From the human T2T-CHM13v2.0 reference genome, Homo sapiens, in NCBI RefSeq assembly GCF_009914755.1, contig NC_060926.1: a DNA stretch of 64,000 bases; one strand, written 5' to 3'. Each line of letters begins with the position of its first letter. Positions within the stretch are counted from its first letter, which is position 1. Below the pieces are notes generated by a model, which was given only the letters and a program-made list of their open reading frames with translations, was not told the DNA's origin and did no database searches. Shown one piece after another: positions 43,425 to 57,430 of the stretch. The position numbers and the translations under genes were made by a program.

Positions 43425-45268
43425 AGCATAGCAGTCATCCCTCCTGGATGTGAAGGGCTTCATTCATGGCCACCATGCTGCACTGAGTCTTTAAAAATAC
43501 ACATTGTTGCTGAAATACGTGCCCCTGCAGCACACACACACATTTCATCCACTCTCTCAATTAGATCACGAACTGTGTCCTGTGACCATACACTGCATCC
43601 TCCATTTCTGTCATTTATTTTGCATTAGGTTGAGCATTTTGATCCATGATAACTGAAAAAAATAATTTTTTTGAATTCACCAAAATGAAATAAAGAAAGA
43701 TTATTAGGCTGCATGATAAAATTCAAGCTTTATAACTGGAGGTGTCTTCAAGTGAATGATCTAAGAGTGAAAAATAGAGTAATCAGTAAGCAATTAAGCA
43801 TTGGTAAAAGTCCATTAATAATATGAAGAACACCATAAACATCTCTCAGCCTGGGAGTATCGAACAACAATTATATAATGCAATGCTATCTGGATAAAAC
43901 TGTGGCCTCAGAAAATTTTTAATGACCTGGAATTTGAAAAAAAAAGGAAAAAGTTATTGCAGTCATCACAATGTATTATTAGAACTACTTTTTCCAGGAA
44001 AGTTATTTCCTTGCTACATAGTCCATGTGTATTTTTGTGGTACATTATCTCCCTCCTCAGTGGCCAGGTTAACACTGGAGGGCCAGGATCACCCCTGCCT
44101 TGTGAATGGAATGTCATCCACCACCTGGAAGATAGCCTGGTGTATGCAAGCACCCAATAAACACTGGAATGGTGGGTGGGTGGATGGAGAGAAGAATATG
44201 TAAATGCATATTTACCCCTTAAATTTTGAAGAGTGTCTAGTGAGCCTAGTTGTTAGTATCTGGCACACACATATCCAAATTAATTATACATATTCTAGAG
44301 ATTTGGGAGGCACTAAACTTTTATGAAGACAGGCAGTATATTATCACTGTTGTATGCTAAGGCCTTAACTCATGGAGGAGCCGCATCCTGGATGGTATCC
44401 TGTTCCAAATCAAGCAGTTTTCAGAACTATTGATTTATTTCTTCACTCATTCATTCAAAAAACCATTGTGTGTTTGCCATGAGTTTGACATCAGAGTAAG
44501 TAAGATCTTATTCCTGCTCTCATGAAACTCTGACCACTGTTAAAACATTATCTTATGTATCAGTTCCACAATTTATTTGAATTTATTTGCTTCGTTTTGT
44601 CTCATCTTTATTTTTCTTTGTTTTTATTTTAGGGGCATGGTTACTCTCCTTCAGGTAATAATTGTGTGGTTTGCTGACATTATATAACCTGCATGTCTGA
44701 TATTGTAAAGCACATTGTTGCTATTACGAACACTTATTTTTATCTACCCTCACAGAAAGTTTCTCATGCTAAACATTCTGCTAGGCACATTATATACATG
44801 AACACATCCTCATAACTATGACAGGATATTATCTCCATACATTTGTTGTGAAAATCATGGCTTCAGTATACAAATGTTTTGTAGATAGACATACATAGGC
44901 TGAGAATGTGAATCCACATCAGTCTGATGCCAAAGCTGGGGTTCTTGTGAGCTTCGATGCACCTAACATTGGCCAGGTAAACTAGATGTTAATTCATCAG
45001 GCAGTTGCATTGTTAAATCAAAGCAAATAAAAGTTGTTAAAAACAAAGTCATGTTCGTTAAATTTAGTTTTGGAACCTGGTGGCATAAGTGACATATGGA
45101 AACTATGCAAGACATCATTAGTCATTCTGCTGGAATACCCAGAAGAGTAGTCAAAGTGCCTGTTCTCTGACAGAGTGTGGGTCTAATGCAGGCTCGTCCC
45201 CAGGATTTTCCTCTTTCCTCCAAGCTGTACTTGCTCCTGGGAATGCACTGCCTGTCTTGTTGCTCTAG

Positions 45269-45784
<516 letters not shown>

Positions 45785-48700
45785 TGAGCGACCCCCCATT
45801 ATCTCAATTTCATCGTCTACAAAAGGAAGAGGTTAGACTGTACACCAGAGAGGTTGCTGTGACCATGACATGGAATCATATAGTTAAAATTGCTTTAAGA
45901 ATTCTAGAATCCAAAAACAGGATGCAGCTATTGTTACCTTCACTCTGCAGCATTGTTAGAATTTCCCCAGCTGGTCACTGAGAGCACAAAATACCCTCAT
46001 TCCAGGTGGGGATTACGTATCGATTAATGAAATAGAGGATTCCGTCTGTGTCAGGGTCTTACAGCCTAACGTGTCTGCTGTTTCATTGCAATCCCTCTAA
46101 ACTGAGCTGCCATGGCCCCAGATCACTCACCTCACCTCCCCGTGTGAAGGCCAGACCTTCTCTCACTGCTTTCTGGAGCTCTTTTTTTAAGGTCGTCCCC
46201 AAATTAGGTCAGAGTGCACCCTCAGCCTTTAGTACGTCTGATCAAGAACTAGCCTCGCCCTGCTGCCCAATTCCCCAGCCCTTGTGCTTTCCTCCAGGGT
46301 CTCCCCACTCCTGGGCAGCCTCCTCTTTCACTAGGATCAAAACAGGAATAGGTCATGTCTTCCTTATTCTGCCTCCACCCACCAGCCCTTCATCCTTAAA
46401 AACTGGCACAATCCAGCCACATTCACCCATCTCATTTAAGAAAACTTAAATGCAGATACAAATGGAATATCCACATAGCTGGGGGTGACTGTTCATCCGT
46501 TCTGCCCGAGGATGAAGAATATGAGACTCTGCAGCAGGGCAAGGTAAAACTCCAGTGCCGCCTTCTGCCCACTCCCAGGTTGGGATTTTTTTCACAGCTA
46601 TTTTAAAGCTGCTTCCTTCTCCACCATCAGCCTCTTCTGGCCACAGTCGCTTTATCTTCCCTGGATTTTTGTCCTGAATATAGTGTCTATAGCCATTTGT
46701 TTGTGTAAAAATAGTTATTGCTGTTAACAACAGGATTCCATTTTGCACAGAGAGGAGCTGCCCAGGAGGGTGCCAGGCAGGCAGGAGAGCCCGTGGGGGC
46801 GCAAAGCTCAGAAGCAGCAGGAAGGAGCTGCAGAGAGACGCGGATCCATGGCAGAGCAGAGCCGTAGGAGCCACGTGGCCTTGGCGCGGTCTCTCTCTCG
46901 CTCTGCTCTCTGTCTGCTCATCCCTAAAACGGAGGTGCTGCACCAGGTTCCTCCGGGCGATCCTTAAGTCCCTGATATTGTGGGGTTGCCAGCAGCCTCC
47001 TCGGGAGTACCCACTCAGAGCTGTCTTCCAAAACTTTAGAAATTACATTTCTAGCAACCATGCAGGCTAACCTAAGAAAAACACACCCACTGGAGAATAA
47101 TAGCACTTAAATGTTTCCACAAAATTTTACGTGGCTACATGTTTCTTTCACTGTCCTTATCTCATTTGATCCTAAGACTCTCCATTCTATAGACTAGGAA
47201 ACTGAGATACAGAAATCGAGTGGGTTTTCTGGGGGCTCTGTGCAGAGCCAGATTAAAATCCAGGCCCAGGGGCCACCGATGGCTCCAGCAACATGTTTTT
47301 CAAAGGGGTTTTATCCTTCCTCCTTTTCCTGAACTTGGAGAGGCTCAGAGGGCCCGGGCTGCAGAGACAGTGCTGAGTGACCAGGCCTACTTCTGAAAGG
47401 GATGGAGGTCAGGCCAGGAATGAGACCTCAGGGAGTGGGCAGACCACGGGCACCCACTGTGCCAGCTGGAGCCAGGAGGGGCTGAGGGCACAGGCTGCCT
47501 GTCCTGGTTGCTGCGAGGGCTGCTCCCCTCCCTGCTTGTCTGCTCCTGCAGCCTCGGGCCATCGGGAGCTGTCAGCATTCCGAGGGGAGAGACACCTGAT
47601 TGTCTTTGATTGTTCTGAGACTTTAATTAAAATTCATTCACTTTGCCTTGGTGATTGCTCAGGAGGCTTCTGGAAGGACAGCTACTTTGCAGCCTGTGAA
47701 GTGTCCATGTCCCTCTTGATCCATGCTTGGAAACAACACTGAAAGACCCCTCCTGGTCACCCAGAGGGAGGCTCATCTAGCGGCAGCTGCTGCCTCTGCC
47801 TGCACCAGGGAGCAAGAGAGGCACTGCCTGTGTCTGCACCTCTCTGGGTCACAGCCCCCAGCATGGCAGCCCCTGGGTACTGTATGCCACTATGTCTGGT
47901 GACCACCATGCTGAGCCCACTTCTGGAGCCTTGCAGGACACAGAGTCAAGCACTGGACTGCAACAGCTGAAAGGTGTATTTGCTTTACCTTTGTGTAATG
48001 AGTTTACCTTTTTGTAATGAGGAACCTACAAATGGACGGTGACTGGCCTTTGTCCCCACATTCAAGGGCATTAGGGCGACATTTCTGAAATGAGTCCCTA
48101 GTTCTTTCTCTCATGGTGCCACCATGACCCTGAAGCTCCAGCCATTATGCTCATGTTCCTACAGGAGGGAGGGAGATGGGAGGAGAGGAGGCCAAACCAG
48201 AGGGTCTTCCTTGCATCTCACTGGAAGTCTTTCTTCTGGGAGAGGTTGGGGACATCTAGTCACAGCAGGGCACATCCCCCTCCTAATTGCAGGGGCTCTG
48301 TTGACTGGGAGGTGGGAACCGGGGACTGGACAGCAGATTCTTACCCCCTTATGCAGAGACACAGGCAACCTCCACGGGCTCTGCTACCAACTAGGTGGTA
48401 CAATATGAGCTAATCACTTACTAACTGTGTGTCTTCACTTTTTTTTTTTTTAATATGGGAAAGGACAGCAAGGCCCACACTTCTGCCTGTGGAGGTAAAA
48501 TGAAAGCATGCATACCACGATGATAATGTATAAGAGCCACACTTGGCCTGAACCTTTGGAAGTGCTGTCGCGTGCATTAGTAGCTACTAATTTTCCAATT
48601 TGAGTTGATGCTACTTAGAGCTGCAGACATCTGTCGAATGTCTTTTGGGTGTGAGGTACGACACCGTGGGCAAACTGGAGAAGCCCCATCAGAGCCGAGG

Positions 48701-49149
48701 ATTCTGAGTGCGTGATCAATGCTCCATTCGGCTTCTGCGACCTCATGTGTGGGCCCCATCCCACAGCACATCATTTCTAGAACCAGATCCAAGGAAAGAA
48801 TTCACCCGACAGTGTGAGTGGCCAGTCACAGTTTAAGTGAGCTCTTAGACAGAGGTGTTCAAACCATTAGAACGAACTCACAATGGTGACTGTCAGGTGA
48901 AAAAGGAGGCTGGGTCTCTGCTGCAGACTCCATCAGAGCAAGTCCAGGATTTGAAGCTGAGAAACCTGAAGTCAAATTTTGCCTTTTCTCCTTCCTGATG
49001 ATGACTTTCTTAGTCTGCAAGAGGGTGTGAAAAGTCCAGGGCTGTCTCGGGTGTAGTGATAGCACAAGGCCACATAGGTGGGAGCAGGCTGCAGGCCCCC
49101 AGATGAGAACGGGTGTGCTGTGTCCTGGAAAGGGAGTGTAATTAACGCT

Positions 49150-49330
49150 TCTTCAAGTCCCAGCTCCGCCACTGCTGAGGAACTGGCTCTTAGGAAAGTC
49201 ATTGAAACTTCAGCTTCATGAAGTTCACATGGAAAACAGAAATAGCCGCATCTATTGCTGTAAGGCTGCTGTGAAAGTTTAAGCCTGTCGTGCATACAGT
49301 GGCCCTTGGCATGCACCAAACCTGCCGGTG
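49150..49330 (+). mobile_element. MIR SINE
   Basis: TTCAAGTCCCAGCTCCGCCACT...AAGTCATTGAAACTTCAG...GGCTGCTGTGAAAGTTTAA...TTGGCA. Confidence 0.6.
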
Positions 49331-50310
49331 GAAACACAGTGAAGCCAGACAGCTGACCGCTGGCCACCTTTACCTGGTTTCAGAGTCATTTTCATTGGCA
49401 CATAGACTTGAACATCATACTCTTGCCTTGCACCCTCCAGTTTCAATGCCCAGAGTCTCGGGGAAGAATCCCACTCAGGGCACAGAATATACTAAGCTTG
49501 CTGATTTTCATGTTTCTGAAGATGTGGCATTCAGCCGGGAACCAATATTTTTCCTCTTCCTTCCTTTCAGGATCCTGGAACAGAGATTTTCAGAGAGAAA
49601 ATAAAATGTAGCCAAACATTTTCTTTAGTGATGGAATCCTTGCCTGTGGGGTTTTCCTGGGAGCTCAGAGTCACTCATGATGGAAGCTCTTGTCAAGATG
49701 ACTTGGGATAGAATCCCTCTGAAAATTATTGGAAAAATAATTGGAAACCTTGTGTCTAAGCTGGAATGAAAGGGCCCAGCTGGGCCCTCAACCTATGACA
49801 TCACAGATGGGTGAGGCCCTGGGACTGGGTCCCAGACGGTTCCTCTTGTTCCTGGGTCTCAGCCCAGCACCACCAGCCAAGGGTGAGCATGAGGCTCTGC
49901 AGACATTCAGATTGCTAATTCAATGGATTTACTCAGGAAAGGAGCTGTGACCTAGGGCCTGACTTCTCCAGTGATCAATTCCCCATGATATTTTCTGCAG
50001 GACTCACAGAACAGGAATAGCCCCAGCTTTCATGGTCAGCTAAGACTCTCCTACTAGAGAGTGGTGGGGGCTGCACAGGGAGTCGGAGGAACTCAGACCC
50101 TTACGTGGAGGCCCCAGGAGCTCCCCGGGCTGCAGAGTCTACTCTGTGAGGGCGCTTTCCTAGAAGGAACACATGAACTCAATGTGCCAGTGACTAGCTG
50201 TGGCTGGCAGGTGCCCATCGGGGTTGTTCTTTGGGAAGAGAGCTGCTCCCCTTAACCATGGGACAGCTGGAGCTTGGAGGATGACTTGCAGCTGCGCAGA
50301 GAGAAGTTGT

Positions 50311-50414
50311 CCCAAAAGAAGGTGGCTCCTCGCAACCCAGCACGACTCAGGACGAACAATAGCCCAAAAGAAGGTGCCTCCTCGCAACCCAGCACGACTC
50401 AGGACGAGCAATAG
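50311..50414. repeat. 52-bp tandem duplication
   Basis: CCCAAAAGAAGGTG(G/C)CTCCTCGCAACCCAGCACGACTCAGGACGA(A/G)CAATAG twice, with 2 mismatches. Confidence 0.95.
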
Positions 50415-50560
50415 GGGTCACCTGAAAGCTTTTTAGAAACGCAAAACCCCAGGTTTCACCCCAGAACTTCCCAGAATCAGAACCTGCATTTTGATAAGAT
50501 CCCAGGAGCACCCCCCAACCCCCCACACTCAGTGTACACCTCTAAGTCTGGGAAGCCCTG
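50375..50560. mobile_element. MER5A-like MITE
   Basis: TCACCTGAAAGCTTTTTAGAAACGCAAAA...CACCCCAGA...GAATCAGAACCTGCATTTTGATAAGATCCCAGG...AAGTCTGGGAAGCCCTG. Confidence 0.75.
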
Positions 50561-51860
50561 CCCTGAAGGAGGTACCGCTGCCCTCTACTTGGCCAGGGCT
50601 GGGTTGCCTGGGAATTTCATTCGTCTTTTGGTTTCTTCAGTTCTCTGTCCAGCCTTTACAAAAATTAGTGCCATTTTTCTATTTTAAACCAATGTCACCT
50701 TGATCAAAAGTTCACCCTGCACTGCCCTGGATTCTGAGGGCAGCGTGGGAGGAGGCGGTGAAGGCATCTATATTTTCCCTCCACTCAGATATTACAAGCA
50801 CCTCAGGTGTCTGAAATATCTCAACTCCCCCTGTGCAAATTGCAGGCACTGAGCCGCATAAGCCGGCGCTGGGCTGGCACTTCATCCCGGCAGGCGCTCA
50901 GCCTGCAGACACAGGGAGCTTTCCAGACAAGGGGAGAGGCAGCAGCTCTTTGTCCTCGGAGGAGGAGGGTGGGTCTGGGCTGCTGCCCCCTGTCAGCCCA
51001 GCTCTCCTCCTGCCCGATCCAGGACCAAGGGCAGGGCACCCAGAGGATAATGAGTAAGTAGGCCGGGCTGTCTGGGGCTGAGCAGCTGAGAATTGCATGC
51101 AGACAGACAGGAACAGCTTTTCTTTCTAGAAGGAGGACCAGGAGCAGTTTTGCAGCAGACTTCAGGGACTTCACCCTTTCAATCCCCACAGCCAGGGACA
51201 GACTCAATCTCAGTGCTTGCCACCCTGGAGGCACCCCTGTTTTATCAATACCACCTGCCTGCTTCCCGTAAAGCCAGCCCCATTGTCCTCACCAGTACAG
51301 CATGTCCTGTGAGGGGCACATGGCTGGCCATTAGTGTCTGCTTCCCAGTGGCCATGCCCTTTGACAGAGTATCCATGGCCTTGGGAGACTCAGTCGTCAG
51401 TTTGAATACCAGGAAAAAAAAAGTGACTGCTGTGTGCTCTCAAAGAAGTTGTTCAACCCCTCTGAGGCTTTGTTTTGCCCCTCCTACCTCACTTGTGTTA
51501 AAAATAGAAGAAGAAGAATGATAAAAGAGTACCTGTAATTTGTTGGGGAGAATTAACTGAGATAACATTTAGAGTATGTGCAGCAGACAGTCCTTTAACA
51601 TGTGTGTGTGAAAGGGAGTGTTGCCCTCAGTATCTTCCTTTTGCATCCTTTCTTCAATTCCCCAGCCTCCTATTTGTGTTGCCCCTCCCTTCATTCCTTA
51701 TTCTTCTACAAATAACTCTCTGAAACTCAAACTGCACTTCATTATCAATAATTGCCTGAATGTCCTCCTTGGAAAACCTTTGCTAAATTACAACCAAAAA
51801 TGACATCCTCCATTATTTTTGCATTTTAATAAATCAAAGCTAAAGCACCATTTGTCTGGC

Positions 51861-52652
51861 TATCATTCATTCATTCACCCATCTACCCATCCACACATCC
51901 ATCAATCCACCTTCTTATACATTCGTCCAGCTGACCCTTCATCCATTCATTCACCTGTTTACCCACCCATTAATTTATCCATCCATTTATTTACCCATCA
52001 ATCCATCCATCATTATCCATCCTTCCATCCTTCCACCTACCCATCCATCAATCTACCTACCTATCCATTCATTTACTCATTCATCCATCTCTCCGTCCAA
52101 CTGCCCATCTGCCCACCTACCCATCCATCCTCGCACTCAGTCGTCCACCCAGTCATACATTCATCCATTCATCTAACCACCCAGCCATCCATAATTTATC
52201 CATCCATCCATCCATCCCTCCATCCATTTATCTACCCATCCATTAATCTACCTACCTACCCATGCCTCCATCCATCCACCTACTTATTCATCTGTCTACT
52301 TACCCATCCATCCATCCAACCATCCATCCATCCATCTGCCCATCCATTTACCCATACACCATCCACCTGCCCATCCCCCATCTGCCCATCCATCCACCCA
52401 CCCATCCATTCATTCATCTATTCATTAATTGAGCCATCCATCCCTTCATCCATCCAACTATCTACACACCCATTCATCTACCCATTCATTCATTTATTCA
52501 CTCACACATTCATCCATCATTTATCCTCCATCCATCCATCCATTTATCCATCCATAATCAGTCATCCATACGTCCATCTAGCCTATGTTCCATCTATCTA
52601 TGTGTCCATCTATCCCTTCACCCATTCACCTGCCCACCCATTTGTTCTTCCA
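51861..52652. repeat. ~790-bp degenerate (CCAT/TCAT)n tract
   Basis: Read directly; accounts for the 282-aa H/P/S/I-rich ORF 51819-52667. Confidence 0.95.
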
Positions 52653-53084
52653 TCAGTCTTGTACTAAGAAGCATTTAAATACCCAGCTGTGTGTCACCCG
52701 TTACGAAGAACTCAAAGTTGAATAGAACAAATCATGAAACCTCTCAGTCCCCTTGTTCTTCATCTGTAGAAAAAAAGCTTTGATTGGTAAGCTCTAAGGC
52801 CACTTTTAGCTCGAACATTCTATAACACTTTTATCATCCTCATCAAAAAGCATACATAAAGAGACCCCATAACACAGGGAGCTGGGCTCTGCCCATAGAG
52901 CGCTCTATATGCCTAAGGAGAGCTTTAAATGGGAAACAAATGTGTAGCCCTCACAGTAGACAAATTCCAAATGATGTATGAATCATAGAACTTTAAGGAA
53001 TCACACTAGATGAAGTCCTAAACATCATTTAGCAACAGCACTAAGGTAGCCGTGGCTGTGTGTTCCTACTCTAACATGGCTCAT

Positions 53085-53230
53085 TTATCATCACTTTGTA
53101 TCCTCACAACAACCTTGTCGGAAAGGTGCTTCTGTTATCCACCACTTACAGATGAGGAAGCTGAGAAATATGCCAAAAACTTGCCTAAATCCACTCAGCC
53201 AGAATGCGAGCCGGAGTTCAGCGCCAGGAA
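53085..53230 (-). mobile_element. MIR SINE
   Basis: TCCTCACAACAACCTTG...TTACAGATGAGGAAGCTGAG...AACTTGCCTAAATCCACTCAGC. Confidence 0.8.
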
Positions 53231-54348
53231 GCCCGGTGGCCCCCTGCTCTGCCTTTGCGGCTGTGGACCTGCCTTCTGACCCCTCACTTGGCGGAAGAGC
53301 ACTGCACAGTGAAGCACAGCGCCTTTTGCTTGACAAAGGCGAGTGTAAAGTGAGGGGTGTGCTGGAGACAAGCCACAGGGCCCTTTATTTTCAGAAGTCG
53401 CCTATTTTCCTGAGTTAATTATCATGAAGGCCTTGTCCCACTGAGAATAAGAAAACTATTTTATTAGTTTACTCGAATCCCCAATGAATGAGTGAATTAA
53501 TGAATTTACAGAGCTTCGGTAAGGGACAGTGGTGTGACAAAGATACAGATGGGTCAACGTCCCTTTAGAATCCTAAGCCCTGAGGGCCTAGAGCCACGCT
53601 CATTCCTCATGAAAAGTCCTCCTGTCATAGGAGAATAAAATACATGATGTTATGCTGGCCTCCTTAGCCTTTCTAGTTCCACAGAAACTTGCTTTCTCCT
53701 GCACCTCTTTATTTTAAACTTTTTAAATATAATTATTCATTTGAACTGTGTTGCAGTCACTTATGTACACCTCCTGCCCTCAGTGCCTCACCCACCTCCT
53801 TAGATTGAGATTCCTGAGCTCTAAGTTTACAAACCCGTTACTGTTTCTAAGGAGCCCCATCCACACACACACACGCTTGCAGATGCACTGCACACACACA
53901 CACACATACACGCACGGCTCCTAACATGCAGGGTAACACATAGCAGGTGTCTTATGCATGTTTGTGGATTGGAAGATAGATTTCTACCCCTAAAGAAGCA
54001 AGTTGTCATCTGAAAAGTTACTATTTATAGCAGGAACAGAAGAGAAGGGAGCCTGCTGGATGTGATCCATGAACTGAGCGTGGAAGGGAGTAGGGAGGTG
54101 CAGACGACAGAGAGAGGGAAAGGGGAGGAGGGAGATTTTCTAGGGGTTGCAGACATGAAGAAAAAAAGACCATGCTGTGGAATCTTGATTTATGGCAAAA
54201 TGCAATTTTAAAAGATAAATGCACAGGCTGAAGTCAGGAAAGCAGGGCTGCCATTCCAGGTTACATAAGAGAAAAATGAGTACTGGCATTCCCTGTCAGG
54301 TCAGGCTGCACCTACCTTGCATACTCTCCCTATCCCTCCTGGAGTCTG

Positions 54349-54422
54349 TCTCTCTTTCTCTTTCTCTGTCTCACACACACACATGCACACATGCACACAC
54401 AGGCACACACATGCACACACAT
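54349..54422. repeat. Compound (CT)n-(CA)n microsatellite
   Basis: Read directly. Confidence 0.85.
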
Positions 54423-57269
54423 GCCTTCCCTGCTCCCACTGCAAGCACTCTCACAGCTCTGCTCTCTGCATCCCTCCTGGCCCTGGCTCTGCAGTGGGTG
54501 CAGGAGGGAGATTTATAGCTGCTGCATCTCTGCTCCTGCCTCCCAGACACAGGATCATCCCACGCAAAGCTTCTTTATATGGGGTTGTTAGCTCTGCTCT
54601 GCTGACTTGGGAGGGTACATATTTTTAATCTTGATTATTTTAATGCCATACTTCATCCTTGGGCTTCTGGCTGCAACCTCATTCGGATCTCAGAACACCA
54701 ACAGCAGTAAAGCCACTGCCATTTGTCACCCCACACTGATTGCCTGGGATCCTGAAATGAGAAAGTGTGGGAGGGAACACATCTTGAAGCTGCTCCGTCT
54801 CAGCCCCACGGACGGTCTCTGAATGCAGGGACACTGGCACACCCCGGCCTCTGGCTGAACAGTGCACCTTGGATATGGCATCGTGGGCTTTAACTAAAGG
54901 GAAAAGGCTGTACCTGAGCTGGGAGCAGCATCAATGGGTAGGATCAGAATGTGCTTAAATGCTTCTCTTCTCTGAGAGAACCAGACACATGGAGAGAACC
55001 AGACACATCATTGGCAAAGAGCCAATGATGGAACGGAGGGAGGCCCCACGGCAGCTGCAGCTCTGTGAGTCCATTGGAACTGGGCAACCATTGTGTCTTG
55101 TGGCCCTCACGGCCGTGTGTCACCAGACCAGAGAAGGCCGTCACAGGCACCTTCTTCAGGTTCACTCCATGTCCTGTCTCTAGTTGCGGTCTCCCTGCTC
55201 CTGCTGGGTCTCATTTTCCTCTCACCTCTAACTCCTCTGTGATGTGAAGGGTGAGAAGGCATAAGGAAAGGAGGATTTAGAGAGCTTAAGCTTGCAGAAG
55301 GAAGTGCTTCATCCGTAGCTTTGCAACCTTAACACATTGGGTGCCTTCCTGGAGCATGCTGGTGCCATCAGCCCTCTGTATCCTACCACCATGTTGTGAA
55401 TCAGATTTGCAAAGACATCGTTTGCCCCATTTTGGACATGAGAAAAAAAACCCAGAGAAATTCCATGGTTCCCCTTGTCACACACTAGAGGGTTGGCAGC
55501 TAAGGTGTTTCACCTCAACACTCCCGTGTTCCTTGGCACCCCAGCCCAGCCAGGGTGTCAGGCCAGGAAAGAAACCCCAGGACCCACCACTCACAGTCTA
55601 GTGACATTGACCCATGGGACAGGGATTTCCCTTTTGGAGAACACAAAGGTGAAAGTGTGTGTATAGTGTGACACTGATGCAGCAATAGGAAACGTGTGCT
55701 GCTCGCCCCAAATTCCGCAGTCTCATAACAGATAAGAAGACGGCCCATTGCTGACCTGGTTATGTAGGACAGAGCCTAGTTCCAGGGGCGACGGAAGCTG
55801 CTCTGTTTGGATTGATTTTCTGAATTCAAGCAGAGCTCTACTCCTGCCAAAACCTTCCCCATCAGCTTCCCTAATTAAAATTAATTTTCATTCATCCATT
55901 AGAATTAAATTTTTAAAACACAGAGACTACTGGCTAGAAGTGAACCCAGGAAAGCGAATCCATACTCCTATGCATGACTCAGAGCTCAACCTTCCCAAAA
56001 ACAGTTTCTGTAAGGAAGGAGGAGGGTATCTGAAACCAGCATCCAGACATGCAGTACCATTTTGCATCTCACCATGGTACTGGGGGCAGAAGTGATTTTT
56101 ATCACAACCCAAGTCGAAACACATGCTCCTAAATATTGTTCTGGACATTTTGGTTTTGCTTTACTGTTTCAGTTTGTAATTAAAGAGGGTTCTTCTATTA
56201 ATGACTTTTACATATTAACCTTCTCATTAGTCCATGACAGCATCTATTAGACCTCTCGAGATTAGATATCTTCAGAAGGCAGCTTGATATACACAGGTTC
56301 ACCAAGGGGCCACGCCTGCTGAGAAATTCCAAATCCTGCCTGGTAACAGAATACTGCAGGTGGTGGTGCACAGTGATTTTCTAAGCCATTGGTAAAGCCT
56401 TTTCAGATGGTATGAAACCTTCTTCATGCAACCTGAAAATCTGACTGGGTAGTTTCATGTTTTAAATTTCCTAATGAGGATTCATTGGTATTAATTTTTG
56501 TTTTAATTTTTCTAGGCTAGTAATATAACTAGGATGTAGAGAAAATTTTTAAAGTTTTAAAAATGTAGCCTCCTAACAATTAATCAATTGATGGACCTTT
56601 TGCAAACGTGTGATCAGGACAAGTCCTGGGGGTGTAGGAGGCTGTGTGTCCTCACAATGTGCCCTCTCCTGTGGCTCCCATGTGGAGCTGCCGTAAACTT
56701 CTAGCAGGGCACCAAAGATGTCTTATTGCTAAATCAAAGGCCTTTTGTTGGCCCTCATTCTTTTGGTTCTTGACATCTTCTCTGCATCACTTTTTACCGT
56801 GTTCCCTCCTGGAAAACCTGTCTTTTTTGGCTTTCAGGGCCTTATGCTACCTTAATTTTCATCTTACATTTTTAATGGCTGGTTTGCTCCTTGGATGATG
56901 GGTCTTTATCCCCTGTTTGCTAAGTGTGGGCACTGGCCCAGGGGCAGCTCTTGGTTCTGTGTGCTTCATTTCCTATACACTACCCACTCAGTTGTCCCTT
57001 CCTGTTCCTGCCTTTGCAAAATGAGAAGAGAAGCCTCCGCAGCCTTGCACGGCCTTCCCCTGACCTCCCAGCTCCTCCACTGCTCTCCACCCAGAGCCCA
57101 TCCTCCCACCTGATGGAGCAGGCCTTGAGCAAAACAGCAAAGCCAGTCTCCCTTCCAGATTTTCCTGTTCCTCATCCTACCTGTGTGCTGGGCACAGATC
57201 ATTAAAAATAAATAATCACAGTATTTAATGCTGTCAACACTGGAGCCATCAGAAATACCATTTGCGGTA

Positions 57270-57430
57270 TACAAAATGTTCTCATGCATATCACCTCATT
57301 TGATTTTGGGAGGCAGAGGGCTGATCATGTTTCTGTTTTACAAATGAGAACATTAATGCCAAAAGAGGTAAGAATCTTGGCCAAGGACAGAGATATAATA
57401 AGTGATTGATTAGAAATTAAAACATAGCTC
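57270..57430 (-). mobile_element. MIR SINE
   Basis: CTCATTTGATT...TTTTACAAATGAGAACATTAATGCCAAAAGAGGTAAGAATCTTGGCCAAGGACAGAG. Confidence 0.65.

Noticed and set aside
46446-46943. 165-aa minus-strand ORF
   Set aside because: No homology recognised and no coding-like composition or supporting splice structure.
51819-52667. Longest ORF (282 aa)
   Set aside because: Translation of a (CCAT)n tract that is intrinsically poor in stop codons; low-complexity H/P/S/I, no ATG start.
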